Shown one piece after another: positions 1 to 10,160 of a stretch of DNA of 64,000 nucleotides. The translations under genes and the position numbers were made by a program. Under the pieces are notes generated by a model that worked only from the letters and a program-made list of their open reading frames with translations, had not been told where the DNA came from and did not search any database. The DNA is from Anaerohalosphaeraceae bacterium (lineage in GTDB: Bacteria > Planctomycetota > Phycisphaerae > Sedimentisphaerales > Anaerohalosphaeraceae): assembly GCA_050309605.1 (NCBI GenBank), contig JBNRMN010000033.1, positions 257,460-321,459 of the forward strand, written 5' to 3'. Numbering within the stretch: the stretch's first letter is position 1; each line of letters starts with the position of its first letter.

Positions 1-37
1 AGGGTGCGGACTTAACTGCGGGATGATCAATAACTGA

Positions 38-559
38 ATGTCACAACCACCGGAACATCAGGGACTGGCCGGTCAGGTGATGACTCGGCTGCATCAGCAG
101 CGTCGTCGTGGGCTGGGCTTGCGGATGACGCCGATGATCGATGTGATTTTTCTGCTGCTGACGTTTTTTGTGCTGACGGTGCAGTTTGAGCCGCCTGAAC
201 AGGCGCTGCCGCTGGTCTTCGGGGCCGAAGCGGCGCCGGTCGCTGCGTCGCCGAAGGCTTTGGAACTGGCGGTTGTCCGGCATCCGCAAGGGTGTGCTGT
301 TCAGACGGCCGAGCCGTTTGCGACAATTGTGATCCGGCAAACAGCGCCGACTGAGGGGCTTGCCGTGTTGGCTCAACACGTCAGCGCGTCGGTTTTGGCT
401 GAAGGCGAAAGGCCGATTCGATTGCGCTGCGATGAGGCGGTGTTGTGGGAATTCGTGACGAAAATCTACGATGTGCTGTACGGATTGGGGGCCAGGGACA
501 TCACTTTTGTTGTTGACGAGGTGAGCGGTTCTTCAGATCCGCCGGTTCCTCTTGATTGA
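38..559 (+). CDS. exbD: ExbD/TolR family biopolymer transport protein
   Basis: MTPMIDVIFLLLTFFVLT signature with TM Asp; C-terminal 'IRLRCDEAV...KIYDVLYGLG' periplasmic domain. Start uncertain. Confidence 0.85.
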   Translation: MSQPPEHQGLAGQVMTRLHQQRRRGLGLRMTPMIDVIFLLLTFFVLTVQFEPPEQALPLVFGAEAAPVAASPKALELAVVRHPQGCAVQTAEPFATIVIRQTAPTEGLAVLAQHVSASVLAEGERPIRLRCDEAVLWEFVTKIYDVLYGLGARDITFVVDEVSGSSDPPVPLD

Positions 560-567
560 ATTGTCAT

Positions 568-3477
568 TCAGAGCACGCGGAGCCATTCTTCGGCGAGGAT
601 CGCAAAGTCAGCCAAATCCACTTGTCCGTCGCAGTTCAAGTCTGCTGGGCCGGTCTGGGCTGTCTGCCACGTTTCGGCCAGTCGGATAAAGTCGTGAATG
701 TCCACAACACCATCCGGTTCGATGTCGGCGGTCAGGGCGTCAGCGGCATAAAGCGTCCCAATATGCGACGGAGTTAACGCGCGATCATAGATCCGCACTT
801 CATCCAGAAAGCCTTCATAATAGGTATTGACGCCTCCCGGATCGATCCGCGTTCCAATCAGCACCTCATCCTCATCGGCGGCGGTGGCAATGGGTCTGTT
901 GTTGTTTACGATGACCTGTGTTTCGAGCCGCCCGTCAATATAGAGTTGAATGTGATCGATGGCGGCGGCGGAATCCGGGATCACCAGCGCGACGTGATGC
1001 CATTGTCCGTCATTGATGGGACGCTCAGTAGTGATGCTGCCGCCCCATATGCCGACGCCGAATCGTCCGTTGACCGTTCCGAACATCCATTTTTGGCCGG
1101 GCTGGAGCCGGCCCCATGAGAGGACAAGATTTTCCTGTGTGGTCGTGGTTTTTACCCAGGCCGTGCAGGTCCGGCTTTGTCCGCCGCCGATGCCGGTAAA
1201 GCCCGGCACCCGCAGATAGGTATCAATGCCGTCGAGGTACAGACCGCCGCAGTGTTTGCCGGTCGTCCAGGTGTTGTCATCGGCGTTGATCAGATGGGCA
1301 TGGCGCTGGTTGCCGGAGGCGTCGGCGGCCAGGGCGCCGCTGCGTTCGTTAAACCGCCAGTGAGCCAGGGGGCGGGCAGAGCCTTCTACAATAAATGAAC
1401 TGATGCGGTCATTCCAGCCGTCGGCGACAAAGCAGACTTCGTCGGCGGTCTTGACCAGTGAAGGTCCCTGGAAATGGTCATTGTCATAAAAGGTGACGGT
1501 ATAGCCGGGGGCGATTTTGACCGATGAGGCGTCGTTGTTTCGCCCGCCGGCGGCGATCAGATCAGCCAGGGTATAGGCGCCGACGCCAAATGGTGCGGCC
1601 CAGCCGCGGTAATCGCAGTGCTGGTAGAGTGTTATCGCGGCCGGTACGGAGATCTCAACGGCTGCGCGGCTGACGGCGCCGTTGGGATGGGTGTAACTGA
1701 CAAAATAACGGCCCGCCCAATCCAACTGAAGGTTGTGGCGGGTTACTTCCTGAAGGCCGTTGGCGGTTGTTCCGTTCGGCGCGGTCCAGGTCCACGTTCC
1801 GCCGCCGTCCGGAGCATCTGTTTGGGCCTTCAGGGAAAGGGTATCGCCGATCTCGAGGACGGCCCGATTGGCTTGTATCCAGTCGCCGTCGTTGATTGAC
1901 AGATAGGTTTTTATCGGGGTCGGCACGGAATATCCGACAAACTGCCAGTGCTGGGACGGCTGTTGAAGATTGGTTTCCGTGAGAATGACCGCTGTATTGT
2001 TGGCGGCGGCGTTGTTAAGCGGCTGGAGGGATTTGCCGGTCAATCGATTCTGAATGTTGAAATAGCCGTTGCCCACATCAATCAATTGCCATTGTTGGGT
2101 ATAATGAAAGGCATCGGTCTGAGCAATGACCGCTGGGGTATTGTTTGTGCTCTGGTTGTTGATCGGCTGAACGGTCTTGTTGGCCGAGCGGCTGCGAAGT
2201 TGATAATACCCGTTACCCAGATCCACCCGTGCCCACATTTGTGACGTCCAGCTCGCGTATTCATCGTATAAGATCAGCGGGGTGTTGTCCGCGGTGGCAG
2301 ACGCTTGCAGCCGCAGACTGCGTCCGGCGGTTCGGCTTCGGATGAACCCGTATTTCGGCGTATCACCGCCGACGGTATCGGCCATCTTCCAGAAGGCACG
2401 GGCGACTGAGGCATTGTCAATCAGGGCGGCCGAAGGGGAGCCGCTTGTGTTGTTCCATCGTTCAGGATATCGGCCGGTCGCGGCGTCTTTGCCGTTCTCG
2501 TAGAGAAATTTCAGGTAGCCTGCCGCGATGTCGAGCCAGTACGGATTGCCGTCAACCTCATACAGGTCCACATAGGCATTGGTCATATCATGCCCGCCCC
2601 ACTTGCCGGTTTGTCCGAGTGCGAATGTGTTCATATTGATGAACTGACTTTCCATGGCCGCCGCCAGCCGCTGAGCCTCCGTCAGGTAGTCGGTATTGCC
2701 GGTAATGCGATAAAGCCGCACCGCCGACTGAATCATCACGGCGGTCAGATAGCCCAGCGGGCCTTGATTGATTTCGTGATAAATGCCCGAGCTGGTCCGC
2801 AGAAACGAGGCGGCAGTAAGCCAGTTGTATAATCGGAGACCATCGGTCAGGTATTGGTCAAGACCGGTGGCCTGATAAACCATCAGGTTGGCCAAAATCG
2901 TCGGCGCCGTCGAGCAAATCGAAACGCCTTCTGTATTCGATTCATGCCAGCGAATTCCTCCGGTGTAGGTATCGCCGGGGCCGTTTTCGCCGCTCATGCA
3001 GAAGACCAGGATTTCCCGTGCACGGTTCAGGTATTCGGCGCTGCCGGTCAATTCGTGCAGTTCCATATACACCATTGCGATCCAGGCATTGTCATCGTAA
3101 TAGCGATCGCCGCAATTGCCGGCACTGGCATTGTAGGCCCAATACCCTCTGGCATAACAGCGGTATCGGTTGTGAAAGGCGTCGGCCATTGCAGATACGG
3201 TTTCAAGGTGGGATGGATCAACTTTTGCCGCAGCGGTCAATGCGCCGAACATAATGCCCTGAGGCCAGGCATAGGCCGAAAAACGCTGTGTCAGCGATTC
3301 GGCGTAAAGATTCCGGTTGGTGCTTCCGTAGAGCCGAAAGTCCGTTTCAATTTGGTCCAGGGTCTCCTGTCCCCACTGCCGAAAGGTGTAACCGGTGGCA
3401 GCTTCCGCCCGGACGGTAATCAACACACAGAAAACACACAGGAATACCGACAACCCCTTTTTTACGGACACAATCAT
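568..3477 (-). CDS. Secreted multidomain glycoside hydrolase family 76-like protein (GH76, ricin-B lectin, beta/gamma-crystallin, LamG, dockerin-like)
   Basis: Signal peptide; YYDDNAW catalytic motif; QxW ricin repeats (SQMW, TQQW, SQHW); crystallin motif (LYQHCDYRG...SSVKI...WNDRISS); LamG (NDGQWHHVA, LDEVRIYDRAL); C-terminal DIEPDGVVDIHD and DLNCDGQVDLAD repeats. Confidence 0.85.
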   Translation of the reverse strand: MIVSVKKGLSVFLCVFCVLITVRAEAATGYTFRQWGQETLDQIETDFRLYGSTNRNLYAESLTQRFSAYAWPQGIMFGALTAAAKVDPSHLETVSAMADAFHNRYRCYARGYWAYNASAGNCGDRYYDDNAWIAMVYMELHELTGSAEYLNRAREILVFCMSGENGPGDTYTGGIRWHESNTEGVSICSTAPTILANLMVYQATGLDQYLTDGLRLYNWLTAASFLRTSSGIYHEINQGPLGYLTAVMIQSAVRLYRITGNTDYLTEAQRLAAAMESQFINMNTFALGQTGKWGGHDMTNAYVDLYEVDGNPYWLDIAAGYLKFLYENGKDAATGRYPERWNNTSGSPSAALIDNASVARAFWKMADTVGGDTPKYGFIRSRTAGRSLRLQASATADNTPLILYDEYASWTSQMWARVDLGNGYYQLRSRSANKTVQPINNQSTNNTPAVIAQTDAFHYTQQWQLIDVGNGYFNIQNRLTGKSLQPLNNAAANNTAVILTETNLQQPSQHWQFVGYSVPTPIKTYLSINDGDWIQANRAVLEIGDTLSLKAQTDAPDGGGTWTWTAPNGTTANGLQEVTRHNLQLDWAGRYFVSYTHPNGAVSRAAVEISVPAAITLYQHCDYRGWAAPFGVGAYTLADLIAAGGRNNDASSVKIAPGYTVTFYDNDHFQGPSLVKTADEVCFVADGWNDRISSFIVEGSARPLAHWRFNERSGALAADASGNQRHAHLINADDNTWTTGKHCGGLYLDGIDTYLRVPGFTGIGGGQSRTCTAWVKTTTTQENLVLSWGRLQPGQKWMFGTVNGRFGVGIWGGSITTERPINDGQWHHVALVIPDSAAAIDHIQLYIDGRLETQVIVNNNRPIATAADEDEVLIGTRIDPGGVNTYYEGFLDEVRIYDRALTPSHIGTLYAADALTADIEPDGVVDIHDFIRLAETWQTAQTGPADLNCDGQVDLADFAILAEEWLRVL

Positions 3478-3774
3478 ATCCCCCGCATTGAACTTTGGTA
3501 TAGTGTCAGGCGTAATATCGCCTTTATTTATAATAAAACGGCGATAGGGATGTACTTTTTAACCAAAAAAAATAGACAACTTTGCAAATGTGGAAAAAAT
3601 GTTCGCCTCTTGACCCATTTTTTCAGAAACGACAAGGCTGGCCGGACACGGAGGTTTTCGGTTCGAATCTCCCTTGCGAACGTGTGCCGGATGTGGTACG
3701 ATAAGGGTTAACGATAGAATCCCGCCCTGAATATTGTCAATGGGGCAATACGGATACTTGAATTGGAGATAAAG

Positions 3775-5040
3775 ATGGCTAAATCATCGAATTATAAACG
3801 TGAATCGTGCAGTTTTTGCGGTCGAGCCAAAAAGCAGGTGGATGCTTTTGTGGAAGGTCCGGGTGGGGTGTTTATCTGTCCGGAATGTGTGGAATTGTGT
3901 TATAACATCGTGCGTCAGGAGCGGCGTCGGCTGCAGGGCGGCCAAACGCTGTTTTCGGATGTGCCCAAGCCGCGCGAGATTAAGGAGTTTCTTGATCAGT
4001 ATGTTATTGGTCAGGAGCACGCCAAACGCAGTCTGGCGGTGGCGGTCCACAATCACTACAAGCGGCTGATGCATACGGAAATTGACGATCAGGATGTGGA
4101 ACTTGAAAAATCCAACGTCCTGCTGATCGGTCCGACCGGTTCGGGCAAGACGCTGCTGGCCAAGACGATGGCACGGATGCTGCATGTGCCGTTTGCCATC
4201 TGCGATGCGACGACGGTGACCGAGGCCGGTTATGTCGGCGAGGATGTGGAAAACTTTTTGCTTCGGCTGCTTCAGAACGCTGATTATGACATTGAGGCGG
4301 CTCAACGCGGTATTGTGTATGTTGACGAAATTGACAAGGTGGGCAAGACCAGCCAGAATGTGTCCATCACGCGCGATGTGTCCGGCGAAGGGGTCCAGCA
4401 GGCCCTGCTGAAAATGCTGGAGGGAACGATTTCGAACATCCCTCCGCAGGGCGGACGCAAACACCCCGAACAGCAGTATATCCAGATTGATACCAGCCAG
4501 ATTATGTTTATTTGCGGGGGAACCTTTGTCGGTCTTGAGAATATCATCAAAAAGCGTCTCGGCAAGCGAATGATCGGCTTTGACAGCGAGCAGTCCGGTC
4601 GCAGCGAGAAAAAACAGGATTACAGCGAAGTGATTTCGCAGGTGACGCCGGAAGATATTATCGAATTCGGGATGATTCCGGAACTGGTCGGTCGATTGCC
4701 GATTCTGACCACTTTGTCGGCGCTGGATGAGTCGGCTTTGATTCAGATTTTGACCGAGCCGAAGAACGCGCTGGTTCGCCAGTATCAGCGGCTCTTTGAG
4801 ATGGAAGAGGCCGAATTGAAGTTTACCGATGAGGCGTTGTCTTTGCTGGCGCAGCGGGCGATGAAGCGCGATACCGGCGCCCGTGCTTTGCGCGCGGTGA
4901 TGGAAGAGCTGATGGTCGATATGATGTATCGGCTGCCCGAAGAACCAAAGCCCGGTAAATATGTCATTACTCCCGAAATCATCGAAGGTCAGGCCGATTT
5001 GTTTGCTCAACAGCGAAGAGCCAAAAAAGAAGGTGCGTAA
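3775..5040 (+). CDS. clpX: ATP-dependent Clp protease ATP-binding subunit ClpX
   Basis: CSFCG...CPEC zinc finger, GPTGSGKT Walker [24 protein letters not shown] loop. ATG at 3775 after GGAG. Confidence 0.98.
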   Translation: MAKSSNYKRESCSFCGRAKKQVDAFVEGPGGVFICPECVELCYNIVRQERRRLQGGQTLFSDVPKPREIKEFLDQYVIGQEHAKRSLAVAVHNHYKRLMHTEIDDQDVELEKSNVLLIGPTGSGKTLLAKTMARMLHVPFAICDATTVTEAGYVGEDVENFLLRLLQNADYDIEAAQRGIVYVDEIDKVGKTSQNVSITRDVSGEGVQQALLKMLEGTISNIPPQGGRKHPEQQYIQIDTSQIMFICGGTFVGLENIIKKRLGKRMIGFDSEQSGRSEKKQDYSEVISQVTPEDIIEFGMIPELVGRLPILTTLSALDESALIQILTEPKNALVRQYQRLFEMEEAELKFTDEALSLLAQRAMKRDTGARALRAVMEELMVDMMYRLPEEPKPGKYVITPEIIEGQADLFAQQRRAKKEGA

Positions 5041-5257
5041 GCTCCGCAATCCGTTCAATGAAACACAAGCGAAACTGCCTGTACAATAAATGCATAGCGG
5101 GTGTGCGTAAAACGCAGAATGGTTTTTTCGGAGAGGGGGCCTGAGGCTGTTTTTTTTGATGGCGCAAGCGGCTGCGTTGGAGGCAAAGCGTTGCGCAATG
5201 CGGGAAAACGGGGGGATGGCGGGCGAGATGTTTTTTCTTTGAGAGATGATTCGCAGA

Positions 5258-5273
5258 TGGCACAAGAATTGTT
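5258..5273 (+). promoter_or_regulatory. Putative sigma54-type promoter (TGGCAC-N5-TTGT)
   Basis: TGGCACAAGAATTGTT upstream of the activase gene; matches the -24 box, -12 box is TTGT rather than TTGC. Confidence 0.35.
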
Positions 5274-5373
5274 AAATCTGATATATACGGCACGAAGATA
5301 TCTGATCTTGTGTCGAATCGGATTCAATCAGCTTGTGTGCGACGGGGAGTAAACAGAACGGAACAGTCGGGAG

Positions 5374-8300
5374 ATGCGCACTATGGAGATTATGAGAGGA
5401 CGCCGCGGCGAGGGTGTCCAGTCCAGTGAGGCGGTCAGGAAGCAGATACGGGTTTTGGGGATTGATATCGGCTCGGTCAGCAGTGATGTGATTGTGCTGG
5501 ACGAGCGGGGCCATGTGGTCTTCAAAGACTATCGTCGGACGCGGGGGCGGCCGGTTGAGACGCTGGCTGAGCAGCTTGAACAGCTGTTTGAGCGGCATTC
5601 GTCCTCGCAGTTTGAGCGGATGGCGATTACAGGCTCGTCCGGCAGGCTGGCCGCTGAGATCATCGGGGCGGCATGTATCAACGAGGTGCGGGCGCAGGCA
5701 GTGGGGGTTTCCCATCTCTATCCGGAATTTTCACAGGCCACCGTCATTGAAATGGGGGGGCAGGACAGCAAGCTGATCTTTCTTGAAAGCCGCAATGATG
5801 TGCTTGAATTGAAGGATTTTGCGCTGAATTCGGTGTGTGCGGCCGGGACGGGGTCGTTTTTGGACCAGCAGGCCGATCGGCTGGGGGTGTCGATTGAGGA
5901 TGAGTTTGGTCAGCTTGCGCTGCAAAGTACCGCGCCGCCTCAGATGGCCGGGCGGTGCTCGGTGTTTGCCAAAAGCGATATGATTCATTTGCAGCAGGTC
6001 GCCACGCCGGTGTGCGATATTGTGGCCGGTCTGTGTCTGGCGCTGGCGCGCAGTTTGAAGAATAATCTGGGCTGCGGCAGGGAGTTTGTCAGGCCGGTGA
6101 TTTTTACCGGCGGTGTGGCGGCCAATGCGGGGGTCGTGCGAGCCTTTGAGCAGGTATTGGGGCTGGAGGATGGGGAATTGATTGTCCCGGCGCTGCATTT
6201 TTATACCGGCGCGCTGGGTGCGGCGCTGGCGGCTGAGGAAGGCTCCGGCCGGGCGGTCAAAACAGCGCTGAAAAACCTTCAGGATTCTCTGCAAGCAGGA
6301 CGGGCGGGACATCAGCGAATCCCGCGTCGGGCGCCGCTGGCGGCGCCGGTTCTGCCGCCGCCGGAAAGCCGAGTCTATGCCGAACGGCTGGAAACACACC
6401 CTGACGGCGAGGCTTATTTGGGGGTGGATGTCGGGTCAATCAGTACGAATGTGGCGGTGGTGGACAGCGACAAGCGTGTGCTGGCCAAGGAATACTTGAT
6501 GACGGCCGGGCGGCCGCTGGAGGCAGTGCGGGAAGGGCTGCGCCGCGTGGGCCGACAGGTGGGCGGCAAGGTGCGGATCGCCGGCGCGGCGACCACCGGT
6601 TCGGGGCGTTATCTGACGGGCGACTTTATCGGGGCCGATGTGGTGATTAACGAGATTACCGCGCAGGCGGCCGGGGCGGTGGCGGTGTGTCCGGAGGTGG
6701 ATACGATTTTCGAAATCGGCGGGCAGGACAGCAAATACATTCGGCTGGAAAACGGCGTGGTGGTGGATTTTGAGATGAACCATGCGTGTGCGGCCGGAAC
6801 GGGATCGTTTCTGGAGGAGCAGGCCCAGCGGCTGGGGATTTCGATCAAGGATGAATTTGCGGCGCTGGCGGCCCGCAGCCAAACCCCCGTCCGGCTGGGC
6901 GAGCGGTGTACGGTGTTTATTGAGTCGGACTTGCTGGGCTATCAGCAGCGCGGCGCCAAGACCGAGGATCTGGTGGCCGGTCTGGCCTATTCGATTGTGG
7001 CCAATTATCTCAATCGGGTGGTCGGTCGGCGCAAGATCGGGCACACCATTTGCTTTCAGGGGGGTACGGCGTTTAACAAGGCGGTCTGGGCGGCGTTTGA
7101 GACGGTCACGGGCAAGCCGATTCGCGTGCCGGATCATCATGAGATGACCGGCGCCATCGGCGCGGCGCTGATCGCCGCCGAGCACGTACGCAAGATACGC
7201 CGCGGTAACGGCGACCGCTATCAGACGCAGTTTCGCGGGTTTGAGAATCTTACGCAGGTGCAGTACACCGTTGAGACGTTTACGTGTGAGCACTGTCCCA
7301 ATGCCTGCGAAATCAAGAAGGTGCAGATCGAAGGTGCCGAGCCGCTGTATTACGGTTCGCGGTGCGATCGGTATAATGTGCGAAAGGAAAAGGTCGGCGC
7401 GGCGGCGGAGGATATTCTGGCCTGGCGGACGAGCAAGCTGTTTGAACACGCGAATGTGCGCTGGTCAAATACGGGGACATCTGGGCCATCCTCAATTCAG
7501 AATTCAAAATTCGAAATTCAAAATTCCAAAACGGTGGCCATTCCGCGTGCGTTGATGACGTGGCAGCTTTTGCCGCTGTTTTCGCGTTTTTTCAAGGCGC
7601 TGGGTTTTGAGGTCGTCGTTTCGGGCAAAACCACTAAAAAGACGATTCGGATGGGGGTTGAGGCGGTGCCGGCCCAGCCGTGTTTTCCGATCAAGGCGGC
7701 CTTCGGACATGTGCGCGAGCTGCTGGAGACGCAGCCGGATTATCTGTTTATTCCGTTTCTTGCGAGTATGACGCCGGCAGCCGACGAACAGCCGTATCAT
7801 AAGCTGTGTCCGTATGTGCAGTCGTTCGCGTTTCAGGTGCGAAGCGCGTTTTCCGGGCGGTTTGGACGGACCCGACTGATCAGCGGGCCGCTGCGTCTGG
7901 GCGACGGCGAAAAAGAGATGGTCCAGTCGTTTCGCCGGTTGGCTGCTGAGCTTGGCGTCGGTGCTCAACAGGCGGACGCGGCACTGAAGGCGGCGCGGTC
8001 GGCTCAGGGGGCGTTCGAAAACGACATCCGACAGAAGGGGCGGCAGATACTGGATTCGCTCGGACCGAACGAGCGGTTGTTTGTGTTGATTTCGCGGCCG
8101 TATAACGGGCTGGACGAGGGGATGAATCTGCGGCTGTCGCAAAAGCTGGAGTCGATGGGGGTGCGCTGGATGCCGATGGAGATGCTGGATACGGCCTCGG
8201 CGCCGCTGTCGGACGCGGGGCTGCATCGGTCGGTGTATTGGAGTTACGGGCAGCGGATTTTGCGGGCGGCCGAGCTGATTCGACGCGATGACCGGTTGTT

Positions 8301-9774
8301 TGCGATTTACTTGAGTAATTTCAGTTGCGGGCCGGATTCGTTTTTGCAGCACTTTTTTACACATACGATGCGTCCCAAGCCGGCGCTGCTGCTTGAGCTG
8401 GATGAGCATTCGGCCGATGCGGGACTGGTGACGCGGCTGGAGGCGTTTTTTGAGAGTCTTAAGCACTATCATTGCGCCGAGCGGCGTGAGCAGGATGCCG
8501 AAAGGCCGTCCTGCGGCTCTCTGAGCTGTGCGATGACGCCTGAACATACGCTGTATATTCCGTATATGGGGGATGTGTCGTATGGGTTTGCGGCCTGTTT
8601 CAGGGGCTACGGCCAGTCGGCCCGGGTGATGCCGCCGGCCGATGAAGAGACGCTCAATCGCGGGCGGCAATATACAACCGGCAAGGAATGTCTGCCGTGC
8701 GCGATTACCATCGGCGAGATGCTTCGGACGACGGATGGCGACGGGCCGGGTCATAAATCAGCGTTTTTTATGCCCGGCGGCAGCGGGCCGTGTCGGTTCG
8801 GGATGTACAACTGTCTCCAGCGGCTGGTGCTTGGTCAGGTGGGGCGGTCGGACGCGATGATCCTGTCGCCCAATCAGGATAACAATTTTTACGCCGAGTT
8901 TGCGCGGAGCCTGAAGGGGGTTTCATCGACAGTTTTGCTCAAAGCATTCTGGAAGGCGGTCGTGGGGGTGGATTTGCTCAGCAAGGCCCTGCTGCGGGTT
9001 CGGCCTTATGCGAAGGACACTTCGGCGGCGGAATGTTTGTATCAGGAGCTGTTAAAGGGGTGGTGTCAGCGGATCGAGACCGGCTCGTCGCTTGCTGATC
9101 TGACGGCCTTCATGGAGCTGGCCGCCGACCGACTGGCGGCTGTGCCGTCAAATCGGTCGCAGTACAAGCCGCGCATCGGGGTCGTGGGCGAGATTTATGT
9201 TCGGCTGCATCCGTTTGCCAATAATGATTTGATTCGGCGGCTTGAAGCGCTGGGATCGGCGTGCGAATTGGCAAGTTTCTCTGAGTGGGTCTATTATGTG
9301 AACGCTACGAACATAATGAACGCGCGTCGGCAGGGCCGGTGGTCTATTGCGGTCGGGACGTGGGTGCAGAACGTTGTGCAGCGTCACATCGAAAAGCGGC
9401 TGGCGCGGCCGTTGGAACGGCGGTTCGGTCCGCTGGCTGAGGGGCCGATTTCGCATCTGCTTGAGTTGGCTCGACCGTATCTGGATCCGGCGTTTGAAGG
9501 CGAGGCGGTGCTCAGCGTCGGCAAGATGGTCGAACTGTATCAGCACGGTTTCGGCGGAGTGGTCAATGTGATGCCGTTTTCGTGTATGCCCTCGACGGTG
9601 GTCAGTACGCAGACGCCGCGGCTCAGCGCTGAATGTGACGGGATGCCGATTTTGAATCTGAGTTTTGACGGACAGGACGACGCTGCGATGACGACCCGAC
9701 TGGAGGCGTTTGTCGAGCAGGTCCGCCAGCGAAGCCCGGGCGCTGCGCGTCTGAAGGTTGAAGTCGGAAAATAG
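5374..9774 (+). CDS. CoA-substrate-specific enzyme activase fusion (two BadF/BadG/BcrA/BcrD ATPase domains plus DUF2229-like dehydratase-type domains)
   Basis: Two ASKHA modules (GIDIGSVS and GVDVGSIS; EMGGQDSK and EIGGQDSK; CAAGTGSFL twice); CEHCPNAC; CFPIK, FSCGPD and PFSCMP motifs. Confidence 0.88.
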   Translation: MRTMEIMRGRRGEGVQSSEAVRKQIRVLGIDIGSVSSDVIVLDERGHVVFKDYRRTRGRPVETLAEQLEQLFERHSSSQFERMAITGSSGRLAAEIIGAACINEVRAQAVGVSHLYPEFSQATVIEMGGQDSKLIFLESRNDVLELKDFALNSVCAAGTGSFLDQQADRLGVSIEDEFGQLALQSTAPPQMAGRCSVFAKSDMIHLQQVATPVCDIVAGLCLALARSLKNNLGCGREFVRPVIFTGGVAANAGVVRAFEQVLGLEDGELIVPALHFYTGALGAALAAEEGSGRAVKTALKNLQDSLQAGRAGHQRIPRRAPLAAPVLPPPESRVYAERLETHPDGEAYLGVDVGSISTNVAVVDSDKRVLAKEYLMTAGRPLEAVREGLRRVGRQVGGKVRIAGAATTGSGRYLTGDFIGADVVINEITAQAAGAVAVCPEVDTIFEIGGQDSKYIRLENGVVVDFEMNHACAAGTGSFLEEQAQRLGISIKDEFAALAARSQTPVRLGERCTVFIESDLLGYQQRGAKTEDLVAGLAYSIVANYLNRVVGRRKIGHTICFQGGTAFNKAVWAAFETVTGKPIRVPDHHEMTGAIGAALIAAEHVRKIRRGNGDRYQTQFRGFENLTQVQYTVETFTCEHCPNACEIKKVQIEGAEPLYYGSRCDRYNVRKEKVGAAAEDILAWRTSKLFEHANVRWSNTGTSGPSSIQNSKFEIQNSKTVAIPRALMTWQLLPLFSRFFKALGFEVVVSGKTTKKTIRMGVEAVPAQPCFPIKAAFGHVRELLETQPDYLFIPFLASMTPAADEQPYHKLCPYVQSFAFQVRSAFSGRFGRTRLISGPLRLGDGEKEMVQSFRRLAAELGVGAQQADAALKAARSAQGAFENDIRQKGRQILDSLGPNERLFVLISRPYNGLDEGMNLRLSQKLESMGVRWMPMEMLDTASAPLSDAGLHRSVYWSYGQRILRAAELIRRDDRLFAIYLSNFSCGPDSFLQHFFTHTMRPKPALLLELDEHSADAGLVTRLEAFFESLKHYHCAERREQDAERPSCGSLSCAMTPEHTLYIPYMGDVSYGFAACFRGYGQSARVMPPADEETLNRGRQYTTGKECLPCAITIGEMLRTTDGDGPGHKSAFFMPGGSGPCRFGMYNCLQRLVLGQVGRSDAMILSPNQDNNFYAEFARSLKGVSSTVLLKAFWKAVVGVDLLSKALLRVRPYAKDTSAAECLYQELLKGWCQRIETGSSLADLTAFMELAADRLAAVPSNRSQYKPRIGVVGEIYVRLHPFANNDLIRRLEALGSACELASFSEWVYYVNATNIMNARRQGRWSIAVGTWVQNVVQRHIEKRLARPLERRFGPLAEGPISHLLELARPYLDPAFEGEAVLSVGKMVELYQHGFGGVVNVMPFSCMPSTVVSTQTPRLSAECDGMPILNLSFDGQDDAAMTTRLEAFVEQVRQRSPGAARLKVEVGK
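7494..7528 (+). repeat. Heptamer tandem repeat (AATTCnn x5) inside a CDS
   Basis: aattcag aattcaa aattcga aattcaa aattcca, encoding SIQNSKFEIQNSK. Confidence 0.8.
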
Positions 9775-9903
9775 ATTTTGCATTGATTGACCAATAAATG
9801 CCAGGTCGGTGTGCATTTTATGTGCGCCGGCCTGTTTTTGTTAATTGGCTCAAATTTTTTGTAAGTCCTTTTATTAAAGATACATATCTGTATTCTTTCG
9901 AAA

Positions 9904-9919
9904 TGGCACGGCATTTGTT
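9904..9919 (+). promoter_or_regulatory. Putative sigma54-type promoter (TGGCAC-N5-TTGT)
   Basis: TGGCACGGCATTTGTT in an AT-rich intergenic region; same variant as at 5258. Confidence 0.4.
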
Positions 9920-9981
9920 GTTTACTTTATCGAGTAAGCGATGACGTGTGTAAGTGATAACCAAACAGAAAGGATACGGCG

Positions 9982-10059
9982 ATGTTGGCGGGCATACTGA
10001 TGATCGCGGGATTGACGGCGGGACTGGGTGTAATTGAGCTGCTGCGGGGTCACCTGTAA
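9982..10059 (+). CDS. Putative 25-aa hydrophobic small protein (MLAGILMIAGLTAGLGVIELLRGHL)
   Basis: GAAAGGA RBS upstream of ATG at 9982, TAA at 10057-10059, single TM-like helix; below the ORF-track cutoff. Confidence 0.45.
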   Translation: MLAGILMIAGLTAGLGVIELLRGHL

Positions 10060-10160
10060 TCGTGTTCGGGGATGAGCCGATGGATTTGTCCTGTTGTGTA
10101 TATGAGGCATTTATGATACAAAGAGTGCAAAACGCATCATTGATACGGGAACGCAGGTCT

